This document shows, in pieces, positions 50,193 through 61,500 of a stretch of DNA of 64,000 nt; positions within the stretch are counted from its first letter, which is position 1, and every line of letters begins with the position of its first letter. Both the position numbers and the translations under genes were made by a program. Location of the stretch: IMG/VR virus record IMGVR_UViG_3300032163_000002, positions 1-64,000 of that record. One strand, 5' to 3'. Under the pieces are notes generated by a model. It ran no database searches. It saw nothing but the letters and a program-made list of their open reading frames with translations, and was not told where the DNA came from. This stretch comes from a virus.

Positions 50193-50508
50193 CCTCCATC
50201 GCGTTAATCATGATATTAGTACCTCCAACCAGATTCATCGAATGAATTTCCCACGTCAATCGAGGGAGCCGCCCGAAATACGCAGCAGTTTCGATCCACC
50301 GAGCAACAAGCGTGCTATCTTCCTCTGGAAGCCCCAAACCATAGGCTAGCGAAATATGCGTCGTAGAGCCATCCATCAAAATCGAAATTGCCTCAGCCGC
50401 CGACCGCGCGTGGTAGTCAAAACTCGAAGGCATGGGTCTCATACTATCAAGCCACAGTTTCAAGATAATTTCCCTCCATTTCGAATTAAAAAACACAAGA
50501 GGAGCCAC
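50131..50508 (-). CDS. Degenerate cyclic-phosphate-processing receiver-like domain
   Basis: KLWLDSMRPMP...SAAEAI...ISLAYGLG...W.IHSMN.VG matches KLWLDDxRxP...ISLDHDLG...HSxNxxG scaffold. Confidence 0.6.
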   Translation of the reverse strand: MAPLVFFNSKWREIILKLWLDSMRPMPSSFDYHARSAAEAISILMDGSTTHISLAYGLGLPEEDSTLVARWIETAAYFGRLPRLTWEIHSMNLVGGTNIMINAMEGANRFWAIREQNETESKGTH

Positions 50509-50841
50509 AAGCTCCCCTCATTCAAGAATCGTCGTACCATTTACTATACATGATTTTCTCCTAAATTATTGTAAACTTTCAAATAAATACGTCTCTCCGC
50601 TGCCACGCCTCCGATTCATATTGACTAAATAATACAAATCGAGTGAAAGAGAATGATATCTTAACCCAATATAATAGGAAAACATCTTCTTCCACACTTC
50701 GAGGGCGTTCTCGACGACCTAGCTTCCACCGTCGCCGTGTCGAGGGGCTGGCTACCCTCCCTAATGAATTATCAAACAACAAAATTTATTTGACCTACCG
50801 GGTATACCTTCAACTAAACGGCGGATCTACATTTCTATAAT

Positions 50842-51060
50842 TCATCGCCCATCACCTCCTTTCTCTTGAAGAGCAAGACGAATTATTTCCTTCATAGCCG
50901 TGATTGTTTCGGGGATGCTGTCTGTACGCACCCAGCAATCGGGAAAATCCTTGCAGGTAGCGACGACACCAAGCGTCTCGGTCACGTCAAGATCAAGGTA
51001 GAAGCGCTGCTCATCCACCTCAATTATCGCCATCGAAGACGTGCTTGGTATTGAACTCAT
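50842..51060 (-). CDS. HicB-like antitoxin domain (solo)
   Basis: VATCKDFPDCWVRTDSIPETITAMKEII.L.L fits HicB pattern; no HicA adjacent. Confidence 0.6.
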   Translation of the reverse strand: MSSIPSTSSMAIIEVDEQRFYLDLDVTETLGVVATCKDFPDCWVRTDSIPETITAMKEIIRLALQEKGGDGR

Positions 51061-51425
51061 TTCTGCTCAGTCACGATAACAGTAGGAGCTTCCGCCCCAG
51101 CTTTCAAATATTCAATCTTCTCGAAGAACTCATGAAGCATAAAAGCCACAGCCGCTTCTTTATGCTCGTGCTTCGGGTTAAACGAACCCATCATACAACG
51201 GATCATACGGAGCGCCTTGAGCGCATCAACGCCAGATCGAGGAACGACCTTGAGCCCGGAAATACCAGAAAAGAACCAGTCGTTGAAAAGTTTATTCTGA
51301 GAAGTATGCCCAGCGCCCCCTCTGATATGAAATTCCTCTGGAATTTTCGCCATCGGCGGCAAGAAATCTTCACAGTTCCCGAAAGCGATGTCAGCATCGG
51401 TGACTTCGTGAATCTTGAGTGTCAT
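51057..51425 (-). CDS. Conserved phage hypothetical protein
   Basis: AFG...LPP...IPEEF...WFFSG...SFNPKHEHKEA. Confidence 0.65.
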   Translation of the reverse strand: MTLKIHEVTDADIAFGNCEDFLPPMAKIPEEFHIRGGAGHTSQNKLFNDWFFSGISGLKVVPRSGVDALKALRMIRCMMGSFNPKHEHKEAAVAFMLHEFFEKIEYLKAGAEAPTVIVTEQK

Positions 51426-51446
51426 AGCTTTTTCTCTCTAGTAGAA

Positions 51447-51475
51447 AACTTACACTCGTAAAGTCAAAAAGTCAA
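51447..51475 (-). promoter_or_regulatory. Class 2 sigma70 promoter
   Basis: TTGACT-ttttgactttacgagtg-TAAGTT. Confidence 0.75.
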
Positions 51476-51526
51476 GGGCTTTCTGCGAAACTCCCTAAAG
51501 TGAAGACCAGCATCAAGTTACGTCGA

Positions 51527-51823
51527 TTATCTACGGACAGAGGTTCCAGAAAAATCCTTCGGCCTCGGTCCGCTATCCATGTGTGCCTGATCGTTTGCCG
51601 TAGACCAGATTGAGCCATCTCGACGAAAGCCAAGAAACCACCCCGCGTGCTCGTAGACTTCGACAAAGTTACAGGAAGAATGCGCTGCGAACCACTCTTC
51701 CGCCACCTTCCTCATTAGTTCGTTTCCGTACTCTTTATCTCCGAGATGAACGATATCGTAATCATCACCCTCATTTTTCTCAATGAGCTTCTCTACGAGC
51801 TGCGAAGTTGCTTTCATCTTCAC
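51527..51823 (-). CDS. Tagged small protein
   Basis: MKATSQLVEKLIE. Confidence 0.65.
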   Translation of the reverse strand: MKMKATSQLVEKLIEKNEGDDYDIVHLGDKEYGNELMRKVAEEWFAAHSSCNFVEVYEHAGWFLGFRRDGSIWSTANDQAHMDSGPRPKDFSGTSVRR

Positions 51824-52332
51824 TCCTTTTCTTGAAGTAACTGCTCGACAATGCGCTCTACAGCTTCGAAACTGAATTTCTTGCCATGACGAACCTTCGT
51901 ATAATCAGTGCCTCGATTTACTGCATGAAAATCCCCAAGCACAGTAGGAGAGCCACCTTTCGGAAAAAGCAAAACAGCTTTTTCTTCGTATTCAGGACCA
52001 ACATACAGAATTGAATCCTGCTTATATTTCTTCCCTAGCGCCAAAGCTTTTTCCTTCGATAACCCCGGCACAATATAGGAAGGCTCGTCACTGCCTGTGT
52101 AGTTTCCCTGAGCATGGGAAAAGCCATACCCAAGTGAAGAAATGTCGTGCCCGAGCGCCTCCATGTCCAGTTTGTTCATATACCGGCCTGCGTCATGCGC
52201 TGACCGCGTTGTATCCACTGGCTCACGCTGCTGCTCCCATGCAGTCAGGATGGCAAAAGGACGCTCCCCAGCCTGCTTCCAAAGAGCATAGACGCGCGAG
52301 AGAGGTTCAGACTCGAAAAGCAACCACTTCAT
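51820..52332 (-). CDS. DUF3293-like protein with C-terminal tag
   Basis: AILTAW...G.Y...EPS......A..LG..Y.QDSILY; ends EAVERIVEQLLQEKE; late motif 4 nt upstream. Confidence 0.7.
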   Translation of the reverse strand: MKWLLFESEPLSRVYALWKQAGERPFAILTAWEQQREPVDTTRSAHDAGRYMNKLDMEALGHDISSLGYGFSHAQGNYTGSDEPSYIVPGLSKEKALALGKKYKQDSILYVGPEYEEKAVLLFPKGGSPTVLGDFHAVNRGTDYTKVRHGKKFSFEAVERIVEQLLQEKE

Positions 52333-53905
52333 GAAAAGATAGTTCTACTTGCCGCCATGATTCATGAAAGCTATAAATTCTTCCCCGTCCAAAGTGCAGC
52401 GCAACCTTTTTGATTTCGATAAATCAAGCACAAGTAAGGTTTTTTCGTAATAACGTCTTGAACGGTCCACCATTCTGCACCCTCAATTCCAACAGTCAAC
52501 CACTCCATGCATTTAGGTACAGCAGTATAAAAACTAAGAAGAATATGCTCGCAAGGTTCGCCGTCGTCACAATTTTGAAAAGTGACTTTCTCCCCCGGTT
52601 TGAAAATAAACTCAGACATTTTTTTCATCCGGCGGAGTCAGTCGCGCGTAAAAAGTGATAATACCATTTTCCATAGTTGACCACTTAGTAATTGACCAAC
52701 CCTCGGCCACCATCTGATGCACTCTTTCTTCTCCGAGTTCAAGAAGGTAATCTTCTATCTTTTGCCGAAGTGTCATGCAGATTTTTTCTACCAATTCCGC
52801 AGTAATATCAGCTACATCACGCACTTTTCTTCTCCGAGTGATGCCCACACTTGCATTTTTCAGTAAGCCACTCGAAACAGAAATCAAAATGCTTGCCACA
52901 AGAAGTACAGGCATACACGTACATATAGGGATTTTTCACCCATTCAGGTATATGTTCGACCCCAACTTTTCCCCGGCACCAACGCTTCGTGTCTTTTTTG
53001 TGACTAGGGTACGAACGAACTTCCTCTTGCAGCGTTTCTACTTTTTTGACATCTTCTGCGGAAATTATTCGGTTCCCATCCCGCTTAAATCCCTTCGTTC
53101 CACAGCCACAAGCATGCTTGGGGTGACGCTTACACCTTTTCTTTTTGTAATTCAAGGCTTCTCCTCAACAGCCACGAAACCATCCTGTTCTGTTACTATT
53201 TTCTGTTCTGTTACTATTTTCTGGAATGTCACATATTTCGGTTTAATGGTAAGTTTTGTGATCTTCCCCGTCGCAAGTTCAATAACAACTGCCGGACCAT
53301 GTACCCAGCCTCCTGTCCCTGATAAACCTTCATAAGGAGGCGATGATGCCGCTGCAACTTTCTTTGCCTCTTCAAGTGATATAACGAAAAACGTCACGAC
53401 ACGAGCTTTATCCGTAGGCTGTGCTGGTAAATATGTCATCGAATGAGGAGGAATTGTTGCTATGGTTGTCCAAACAATAGGATTTGCAATGACAAAAGTA
53501 ACAACGAGAATAAAGCCATTCATGTCTCCTCCTCAATGTGCCACCACGGCAGAAGCATCCGGTCTGCTGGATCATCAGTTCGACCTAACGCAGAAACGAC
53601 AGGGACCCTCGGGATGACATCACCTTCAGGAGTTTTCTCTAGCGTGCCCTCGCAGGACAACACCAGATATCCGGGGCGTAAATCACTGAGTACTCCGGCG
53701 ACAATTTCTACACCTGCGGGTGTTCTCCGCGCGCTAATCACCTGCCCACATGTAGCACTTAAAAGATGGGATTTCTGTGGGAGAGCACTAAACTCCCAAA
53801 AGATAAACTTGCCGGGAAGCTGCCCCACGATGTCATCGAGAGCTTCCGATGCAAAGCGCCGTTTATTTTGTGTGAAATTCTCCGTGGCAACCAAAGCTCC
53901 GATTT

Positions 53906-54397
53906 TCATGTTATTATTTCAGCTTGTCTAGTACGCGCTCGATAATCAAGCGTCAACAGTCGAGCCCCCTTCGGCAATTCGTGCTCGTCTTTCGCAGTTA
54001 CCTCAATCTCGTCAAACTTAAAATACAGTTCATTTCTCACGTCTTCTATGATGTATGGAGCGGTCACATCATTCACATTAAATTGTGTGTTCCCCAATGA
54101 AAGATTAAAGCTAGATATTTTCACTCCCTTGAACCAATAGCACCTCACCGGATCTCCAGCTTCCGACAGTAGCTCAACTTTGAACTCCCTGATTACACCA
54201 CTCAGATACATCCGGATCAACGCCAACCCATTTTCTTCCGTATGTATGAATTCTCGAAAAGAGATCCGACCATTCTTTTGCAGAAGGTCGATGTAGGCGC
54301 TCTCCACTGTCAAGCCAAAATATTCGCTGATGTATTTTGGCACATCCCACGGAATAGCGAATACGAAATTGAATGCTTTGATCGGCTCGAAATTCAT
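53906..54397 (-). CDS. Tail-tube (gp19)-like protein, divergent
   Basis: FEP...F N-terminus; VELL...GDPV..YWFKG...S...L...L.FD pattern. Confidence 0.4.
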   Translation of the reverse strand: MNFEPIKAFNFVFAIPWDVPKYISEYFGLTVESAYIDLLQKNGRISFREFIHTEENGLALIRMYLSGVIREFKVELLSEAGDPVRCYWFKGVKISSFNLSLGNTQFNVNDVTAPYIIEDVRNELYFKFDEIEVTAKDEHELPKGARLLTLDYRARTRQAEIIT

Positions 54398-55617
54398 AGG
54401 GCAAGCTCCTCCACGTTCTCCCGAGTAGGTCCGTAGCTCCTGTATTTGATAGGCAAGTGGATCTCCCTGAGTAAAGACTGCTGGATGAGACTGTCCGTTA
54501 TAATTGGTGAGCGTAATTGATCCAGACAGGTCACAGCCAGCGTAGGTGGTGCCAGTATGCTCCTCGGAATTTCCGAAGAATCCTTGTCAATGGCTGCCTT
54601 GATGAGAGGCATGTCCAAATGCCCAAAGCGTAACGTACCCTGAAAATCATTCGGAGCATTCGTTTCATCCGGGTAAGAAATACTAAGGTCTTCCGTGGGA
54701 AACGGTCCTGCGCCATGCCGAGTCATGTAACCTCTGAGCACGTACACGACATCCAGTTCGTAAATCTTGTTCTGTCGCAAGTAGGGAATTACGTTGGTCA
54801 AGCCAGTGCGACTTCGTGTGACGTGAGGAAAAAACTTATGCTGCTCATCAAGAAGAAGTCCTTGAGCGCCCTCGAAGAGCAGATGACCAAAACCTTTCGG
54901 CGTCTCGTTAACAGTCGCCGCCTCGTCAAGAAATTGCTCCATTGCCCACATGAAATTCGTCAGCAGATGCTCCGACCAAAAACGTGACTCAAACATATCC
55001 TGTAAAGATGTCTCAAATTTCGCCGAAAGCCTCGGCATTAGCGCCGTTGCCCGACCTGCCGAATAGTCTCTGGAAACTACAAGAAAATCTCGCAACCACT
55101 CACGGGATGAAGCCTGATACACATATCCCGGAAGGGTTTCGCTACGTGTCACCGTCTCGTTAATCCCCACACCGCAGGAGCCATGCCGGGCACTGTGGCG
55201 CTGCTTCTCAAGCTCCTGATTCAACAGCATGTCCCACGGCGTAGTGAAAATAGCTTTACCATCTACGAACACAGGAGGGATCACAGCCATGACCTTACGT
55301 AGCTCTTCGCACTCCTTCTGCCACAACAACGGATTCACAATAAATTTGGAAGAAAGATAGGTAGCAGCACCCGCAAAAGTGCCACTACCAATGTGAGAAA
55401 AAGCATGGCGGTGTCTTTCCGGATCTGGTGTAACCGCTGTATGCCCAGCTTGTGCTCCGCCATTATACCGAATTACAAGCGTGTGCTCTGCGTCCTTGGC
55501 AGCGAAAAAATCAGTAATTAAGCCTTTTCCTTCATCACCCCAGCAAGCTCCTATAACCGCTGTTGCTCTCATCGTCAAAACTCCATATCTGGAAAGACTT
55601 TTATTTTGCGCCTGCAC
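54394..55617 (-). CDS. Adenylosuccinate synthetase-like enzyme (divergent PurA family)
   Basis: WGDEGKG, RYNGGAQAGHT, FEGAQGLLLD, FPHVTRS.TG, YMTRHGAGPFPTE. Confidence 0.85.
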   Translation of the reverse strand: MQAQNKSLSRYGVLTMRATAVIGACWGDEGKGLITDFFAAKDAEHTLVIRYNGGAQAGHTAVTPDPERHRHAFSHIGSGTFAGAATYLSSKFIVNPLLWQKECEELRKVMAVIPPVFVDGKAIFTTPWDMLLNQELEKQRHSARHGSCGVGINETVTRSETLPGYVYQASSREWLRDFLVVSRDYSAGRATALMPRLSAKFETSLQDMFESRFWSEHLLTNFMWAMEQFLDEAATVNETPKGFGHLLFEGAQGLLLDEQHKFFPHVTRSRTGLTNVIPYLRQNKIYELDVVYVLRGYMTRHGAGPFPTEDLSISYPDETNAPNDFQGTLRFGHLDMPLIKAAIDKDSSEIPRSILAPPTLAVTCLDQLRSPIITDSLIQQSLLREIHLPIKYRSYGPTRENVEELAL

Positions 55618-56482
55618 TCACAAGCTGAGCCGTCACCGTACGAACAGCCAGCGCAGAATCTCCCTTCCAGCCATTCATCACGACATGAGGATCTCCACCC
55701 TCCACGAGCTGAATGATGGCAACGATGCCTTCTGCCAGCCGCTCGATATCCGGCACAAGAATAGCCCTCTCTCGTAAAAGAGCCTTCCAGTTCTTCTCAA
55801 CCTGCTGGTCTGTCACCGGACTTACGATGAGATGAAAAACATGCCAGTCCTTCTGCGTGTCAGCCAGAAGCACTTTGGAGTTCATGTCAGTTTCCGCTGA
55901 AACTCCAAGGAAATGCGTAAGCTGATCTTTCGTAAGCGTCGGGTGTGGGGACTCGTCACCAATAGTGAAAATGTAGCCCTTACGGTGGCGCTTCCGGATG
56001 GCGTCGCACTTCGTCTTGTAAGCAGCGAAAAACCACGCCAGCGAATAAGACTCTCCACCGTTGCCGCCGCCGTGCCCTTCAAGGTACATCTTGGCGATCT
56101 GGTCCACCATCGGCTCGACACTGGCTTCGAATTGCGTAACCTGTAGCGGAGCGCTATCGCAATTCGCATCCCCCAGCGCCATGCACATGATCTGAGGGTC
56201 AGTGACAGGCTTGCGCGCGTACAGTTCCTTCATGATGGTTCCGAGACTTCCCTTGATAATCGTCTCGGCGAGAATTCCCATCGACCCCGTCTCATCCGCG
56301 CCCAAGATGATCGGTGTCGCTTCAGGGTTAGCATCCGAATCCACAGCTTCCCGGAACTTGACCTTGGCCGGGTCCAGATCCGGATGAATATCTCTCTGTG
56401 TGAAAATCTGATCCCGGCTCTTGGCGCTGGTGGCATAAGCATGCCGGTTCCAATCAACATCTACGAATCGTGCGTTTCCCAT
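55601..56482 (-). CDS. vWA-domain protein
   Basis: MIDAS DETGSMG; GDA.CD..PLQVTQFE; GGGNGGESY; FTIGDE. Confidence 0.85.
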   Translation of the reverse strand: MGNARFVDVDWNRHAYATSAKSRDQIFTQRDIHPDLDPAKVKFREAVDSDANPEATPIILGADETGSMGILAETIIKGSLGTIMKELYARKPVTDPQIMCMALGDANCDSAPLQVTQFEASVEPMVDQIAKMYLEGHGGGNGGESYSLAWFFAAYKTKCDAIRKRHRKGYIFTIGDESPHPTLTKDQLTHFLGVSAETDMNSKVLLADTQKDWHVFHLIVSPVTDQQVEKNWKALLRERAILVPDIERLAEGIVAIIQLVEGGDPHVVMNGWKGDSALAVRTVTAQLVSAGAK

Positions 56483-58092
56483 GACTTCTCTCCCTTTGTG
56501 ATTAAAGCATTAAACATTCATTATTTTGACGTTTATATTGGTACTTAAATCATCATACTTTTTCACTACCTCCACTTCATTCTTGACACAAAACATTTTT
56601 ACTCATCAATTTATTTAGCGTTCATTCGACCTCTTTAGCTAAACCCCACAATTCATCATAAACCTTTTTCCAGTCTTCTCCAGCATTTACCCTGCGCTTA
56701 AGCTCATTATGTTTCTCTACATATTCATCGTAAACTTCTCCACCTTGTTCCCCATGAAGATCCACAAGAGCATCACGAATCAAGCGCCCTCTTTCTTCTT
56801 TATAAGATGTTGCCTTAAGCTGCTCTTCAAGTTCAGCAAAACGCTTTTCTAATTTCTTCAACCCTTCAGGTTTCTCAGGTGTAAATAGCATCAAATGTTT
56901 TTCCTTTTTACACAATCTCGATATTCGGAATCACTTTCACAATAGCTTTACGATAAGAACGTAATGCAAGCGAATCAAAATACCCCACCGGAACGTATAC
57001 AAAACTAATTGGCTTGCCGTAAGACGAGCTGATGGCGTCATGGAAAACTTGCGGATCAAAAAGGTATGTGTCGTCCAACCCCTTTGGAAATGCATACGAC
57101 GATAGCAGACCATTAGCATAAACCAAAAGGTTATGTGTGTCCGGCATTAAATTCGCCCACACTGAAACCTTGTGAAGCTCGCAGGCGCGTTGAAGCAAAT
57201 GACGCTGAATTCCGTGAATGACAAAGCCCTTCACAACTGTAAACCAGCCATTAGATTCGTCGATGACTAGGCGCAACCCAACCATTGCACCTCCTCGGCT
57301 ACTAATGGCCTTCTTGAACGCACGGGTGTTCGTGGCATAACCCAACACGAGCGAGAAGGAAGAATTCTCGCCGTTGATAGAAACACCTTTCTGGTAAAGT
57401 CGAATAAGTGTATAATGGCTCAATAGCACAGAATCATTCACCGCCTTGCAAATGTCATGTGCCGTTATTTCTTGAAAGTCGGTACTCAACATCATGACGA
57501 CCTTTTTTTCATTTAGACCCCTTCGACTAAAAAACTGAAGGAGGAATAATACAGTAACGCAGATCAACCCACACGAGTTCTCCTGTTTTTGGTACTTTCA
57601 CTAATGCCATCCCTTCCGGCATTGAATTCCGAAGCGCTTCAAGGCAGTCTTGCAGTGGCAGAGAACAGGGTGAAGACAGTACACTCCTTTTAACCAAGAA
57701 AAAGCCTCCAAAGAAAACCATTAGAATTACTAGACGGATTGTGATTTCACGAAAATTTGTGCTTAACACAACGATTCTTCCTTCAGAACCCCAACCTTTG
57801 CAGGTCTTCTTCCTCCTCTCCCGACAAGACAGAAATATCGGTAGCTCCTGATTTATAAGCTTTCACCAATCTGTCTTCCAACTCTTGAGACCAACGGCTT
57901 CTAGTTCGAAGATAAACGATATTTCCCACCTGTGCAACCGGAACCCCCAACTCTTCGGCTAGTTTACGCTCATAAATAACTGTTTCCTGTGTGAGTTGAT
58001 CCATCATCTCCTGAAATTCCTGCATTTTCTTTTCATCCTCCAAAGGAATTTCACAAGAAAAAGAAGTCATATCTTTATGACTCATGGATTCC

Positions 58093-58515
58093 TCACTTGA
58101 AGTCACCATCAGGCAGTTTATGCCACGGACGAGCATTATGAATTTCCTGCATCGTAGGAAAATTCTTTCCTTCAAATCTCCACGCGCGATCATCGAGGTA
58201 AATAAGGGCGGCAGGTTTTCTGTCAGTTACCTTGACTTCTTCGAACCCATGAATATCACCGTAAGTATCCCACATGATGTTGCCATATTTCTTCAGCCAA
58301 CGCCGCACCGCGCGCCGCCCCCTCCATGTTCGGCCTCGGGTCGTAAAGATCACTACAGCGAACTCCTGAAGAGTCTTATGAAGCCATTCGATAGCACCGG
58401 CTACCGGAGAGTCCGGAATGACATGCGGCGCGATCCACGGCGTGCTGTACTCATGAAGTACCCCATCCATGTCGCAGGCCACTGTATAGCGCCTTTTCAC
58501 CGATTCCACCTCCAA
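58093..58515 (-). CDS. HAD-superfamily (5'(3')-deoxyribonucleotidase-like) phosphatase
   Basis: CDMDGVLH, IFTTR, KP.A.IYLDDR. Confidence 0.85.
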   Translation of the reverse strand: MEVESVKRRYTVACDMDGVLHEYSTPWIAPHVIPDSPVAGAIEWLHKTLQEFAVVIFTTRGRTWRGRRAVRRWLKKYGNIMWDTYGDIHGFEEVKVTDRKPAALIYLDDRAWRFEGKNFPTMQEIHNARPWHKLPDGDFK

Positions 58516-58520
58516 TCTAT

Positions 58521-58549
58521 AACTTACATCCGTAAGAAGCTCCTGTCAA
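58521..58549 (-). promoter_or_regulatory. Class 2 sigma70 promoter
   Basis: TTGACA-ggagcttcttacggatg-TAAGTT. Confidence 0.75.
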
Positions 58550-61500
58550 GAGGCAGCGCTCATTTCTTTCTCCCCTTCGTCTTTACCAGACTCATCAATT
58601 CACTCAAACGCTGTAGCTCAGAAAAAATATCCGTCATAATATCGTGTGCGATTTTTTTTGCTATCGGCCCTAATATCAACACTTTTCTATTCGGGTTGTA
58701 CAGGCAGTATTTCCACCGGCAATGATTCGGGTTCACCGGACACCGCGCAGGTAGCTGCGCATGTTTTTGTTTTTTCAGCGCAGGCTTGGGACCGTCTAAT
58801 CTGTGCGTAGATTTTCGCTTTGCGTTTTTCACGTTTCTCCAAAGCTTTTATAAGGCGCTTCTCGGTCAGTCTCCGTTCACATGGATTCTGCTCGATAATT
58901 CCCTCTGAAGGCTTCACATCATCTTTCACGAAATTCAAACGAAGATTCTTGAACGGATCTTTTACAACTTTAGGTGTTGATGGTGAAATGAAATTTACTT
59001 TCGTTCCCTCTGGAATCACAGCCGCCTGTTCCTCTGATAATTCAGCGATAGCACGAAGTTGTTCCATGATTTCAGGAGGTGGTGCTGGAACAGAAAATAC
59101 TTCCTCTTGTCTCTTCTCTGCTAGAACACGAAGCTGCTCATTCACAGCTTCTACCCCTGAAGATGCTCCACCTTCATCAACAGATGCAACCGGCAATTCC
59201 TCGGATTTTTGCTCTTCCATACTTTCCCCCTTCACACCCCCTTTTTGACAAAGGTTCTTGTTATAACTATGTCCTTACACCCCAAAAGGGTGCCCCCCTA
59301 CAAAATTCCCCGATTGTCATTAACATGCGTGCACCATATTTACGTACTTACGTTACCCCTGTAACCTTATCCACGTTAAGATTCCTTCTTTTTCTCCATA
59401 GATTTAACTTTCAACTGAACAAGCGCCTCATTCAAGTCAGCGATCAAAGCTCTGATCTCGTCTGGACCACCAATGAACCACTCCTGACAGGAATGAGGCA
59501 GGTAGGCCCCGTAGAAGCCCACACGTAAGGAATCCTTCAGATCATCCTTACGCCTAGCGTCCCCGACAAAATGCTCCCCATTCAAACGCGAACAAAAGCT
59601 CCCATCCGCAATACAGAGCATATCCCTACAATTTGTTGTGAGTTTAAGGTCGTCCTTGCAGTACGCCATGCTTTTTCTCTACTTTTTTCTTAGATTTGTT
59701 CTTGAAAATCTTCTTGATGGTCGGAACCGGAAAAGAGTCTATGAAAGTACCATAGGGGACAGGCTCAGCAGAAACCGGCTCATAAAGGCAGTTAAAAAAT
59801 GCCTGCCGAATACGCGCAAGGCCGCTAGGCATGAGTGCGATTCCAACGAGACTCACGAGGAAAACAAGCAAAGGAAGAAAATGAAAATCTATCTTCGCTG
59901 CGTACAGAGGTAAGCTACGTTCCATAAAAATTCTCCTCTTAAAGTTTCAAATGAATTATTGGATTTGGGTCATCCGGTTCTTCATTTAGGCGAGACAAAA
60001 TCTTGCCACGAAGAGCATCCAGAATCTCCTCTACGTTTTCCTCCTCCTTTTTCTTTTCTACTTGTATCTTTTTCTTGGCAGCTATTGATACTCCTGCCTT
60101 GGAATCAAAGCCAGCCATAAGATCGAGTTCCTTCTGCTCTTCCATCCACTCCATCACAAACTTGTCATCAAGATGCGCGGGGGGAAACGACCGTGTATTA
60201 TCAATCTGCGTAGAAAGCTTACCATGAATATATGCCCGAATTCCCTCGGGAGAAGCTGACTCCACGAATTTATGAAACAAGCCTGTATAAACTTCTACAC
60301 CCCTAGAAAACGCCTTTTCCACCATACTGCTTCTGGTCTTGATTCCACTTACATCCGTAAAACTGGAAGGCAGTGAAAATTTCGTAGATAAAATTGCAGT
60401 AGCACTTTTGGCTTCGCTGAGCGCGCTTTCCAGTCTTTCACGTTCACGATAAAGCCAGATAAGATCGAGCTTCAAACAAACGAGAAAAGAACGAAACTGC
60501 TCAGCATCCTTCAATTCACGAAACGTAATACGCTCCCCTTGCGGAGCCTTTAGACCATTGAGTAAATCCACAAAATTCTGATTCAGTTGAAGAACACGGC
60601 GCTCATCCACATGCAACTTTTTCTTACTCATAATTACATCCTGTCAGCGAGAATCTTCGCCCGAATGGCTGAGAAGTCTTTTTCGAAAGCTACAGCCTCC
60701 GTTTCCTGCTTGTTGAAAGGTGGTAATTCACCTACACATTCAAGGCGCAGATCCGCCAAAGTCGTATAATTGACCAATAAATGCGAGACGAAATCTGTCT
60801 GCACAGTCAATCCCTTAAGCGTAGGCAGAATTACAACATTTTCAGCGGCAAGCTTCAAGCCACCTTTTGCTCCAAATGTAAGCTTAGTGCCCATCCACCG
60901 AATTTCTACTGTGTTGATATTATGCATGGTATTCCGCAGATAAAGATGTACCTGACCATCACTTGCGACACTTGAAGCCGTAATGTGTGCCTCTATCGGA
61001 TGCTCATTGGTAACTTGATAAATTGGACGTGAACCCTCCAGCGAGAAAATCCCTGTAAACACGACAACTCGTTTGGAAGGCAATGAAACCGTTCCACGAG
61101 ACGCCCGTTTACTGGAATTCCTATGAATTCTTTTCACGCATTCCTCGCCAATAACTTTTCACGCGCCACCGCGAGTAAGTCTTCAACCTCACGTTCTTTG
61201 ATTTCTGCAACATACCGGGCAATACTCGGAAATGTAGGGAGACGAAGGCTGGACGTGACCCATGAAGAAGAAATAGCTGGTTGTATGCTCCGCGCCATCT
61301 TGAGATTTTTCTCAAACTCTGCACCGCAAACCGGAAGATACATTGATGTACCGTTGATAAATTCCATTCGCTGCTTTAGGAGCTGTGCTACGGTTGAAAA
61401 CCCAAGATCACTCGCAAAGAATTCAACTTCTGAAAGTGCGATGACACATTCCACCGCTATAACTTCCGTAGGTATCTTCTCTATTTCAGGATGTCTGGAA

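Noticed and set aside
54394-55617. PurZ / 2-aminoadenine (Z) genome pathway
   Set aside because: Retains PurA-type Asp in GDEGKG rather than the PurZ Ser; no DatZ-like HD gene recognised in the window
59236-59375. Replication origin or plus-strand promoter
   Set aside because: Only one imperfect DnaA-like box (TTATCCACG) and a TTGACA with a weak -10; no iterons
60348-60361. Extra CTTAC-N4-GTAA site
   Set aside because: Inside a coding region without -35/-10 context; may be chance
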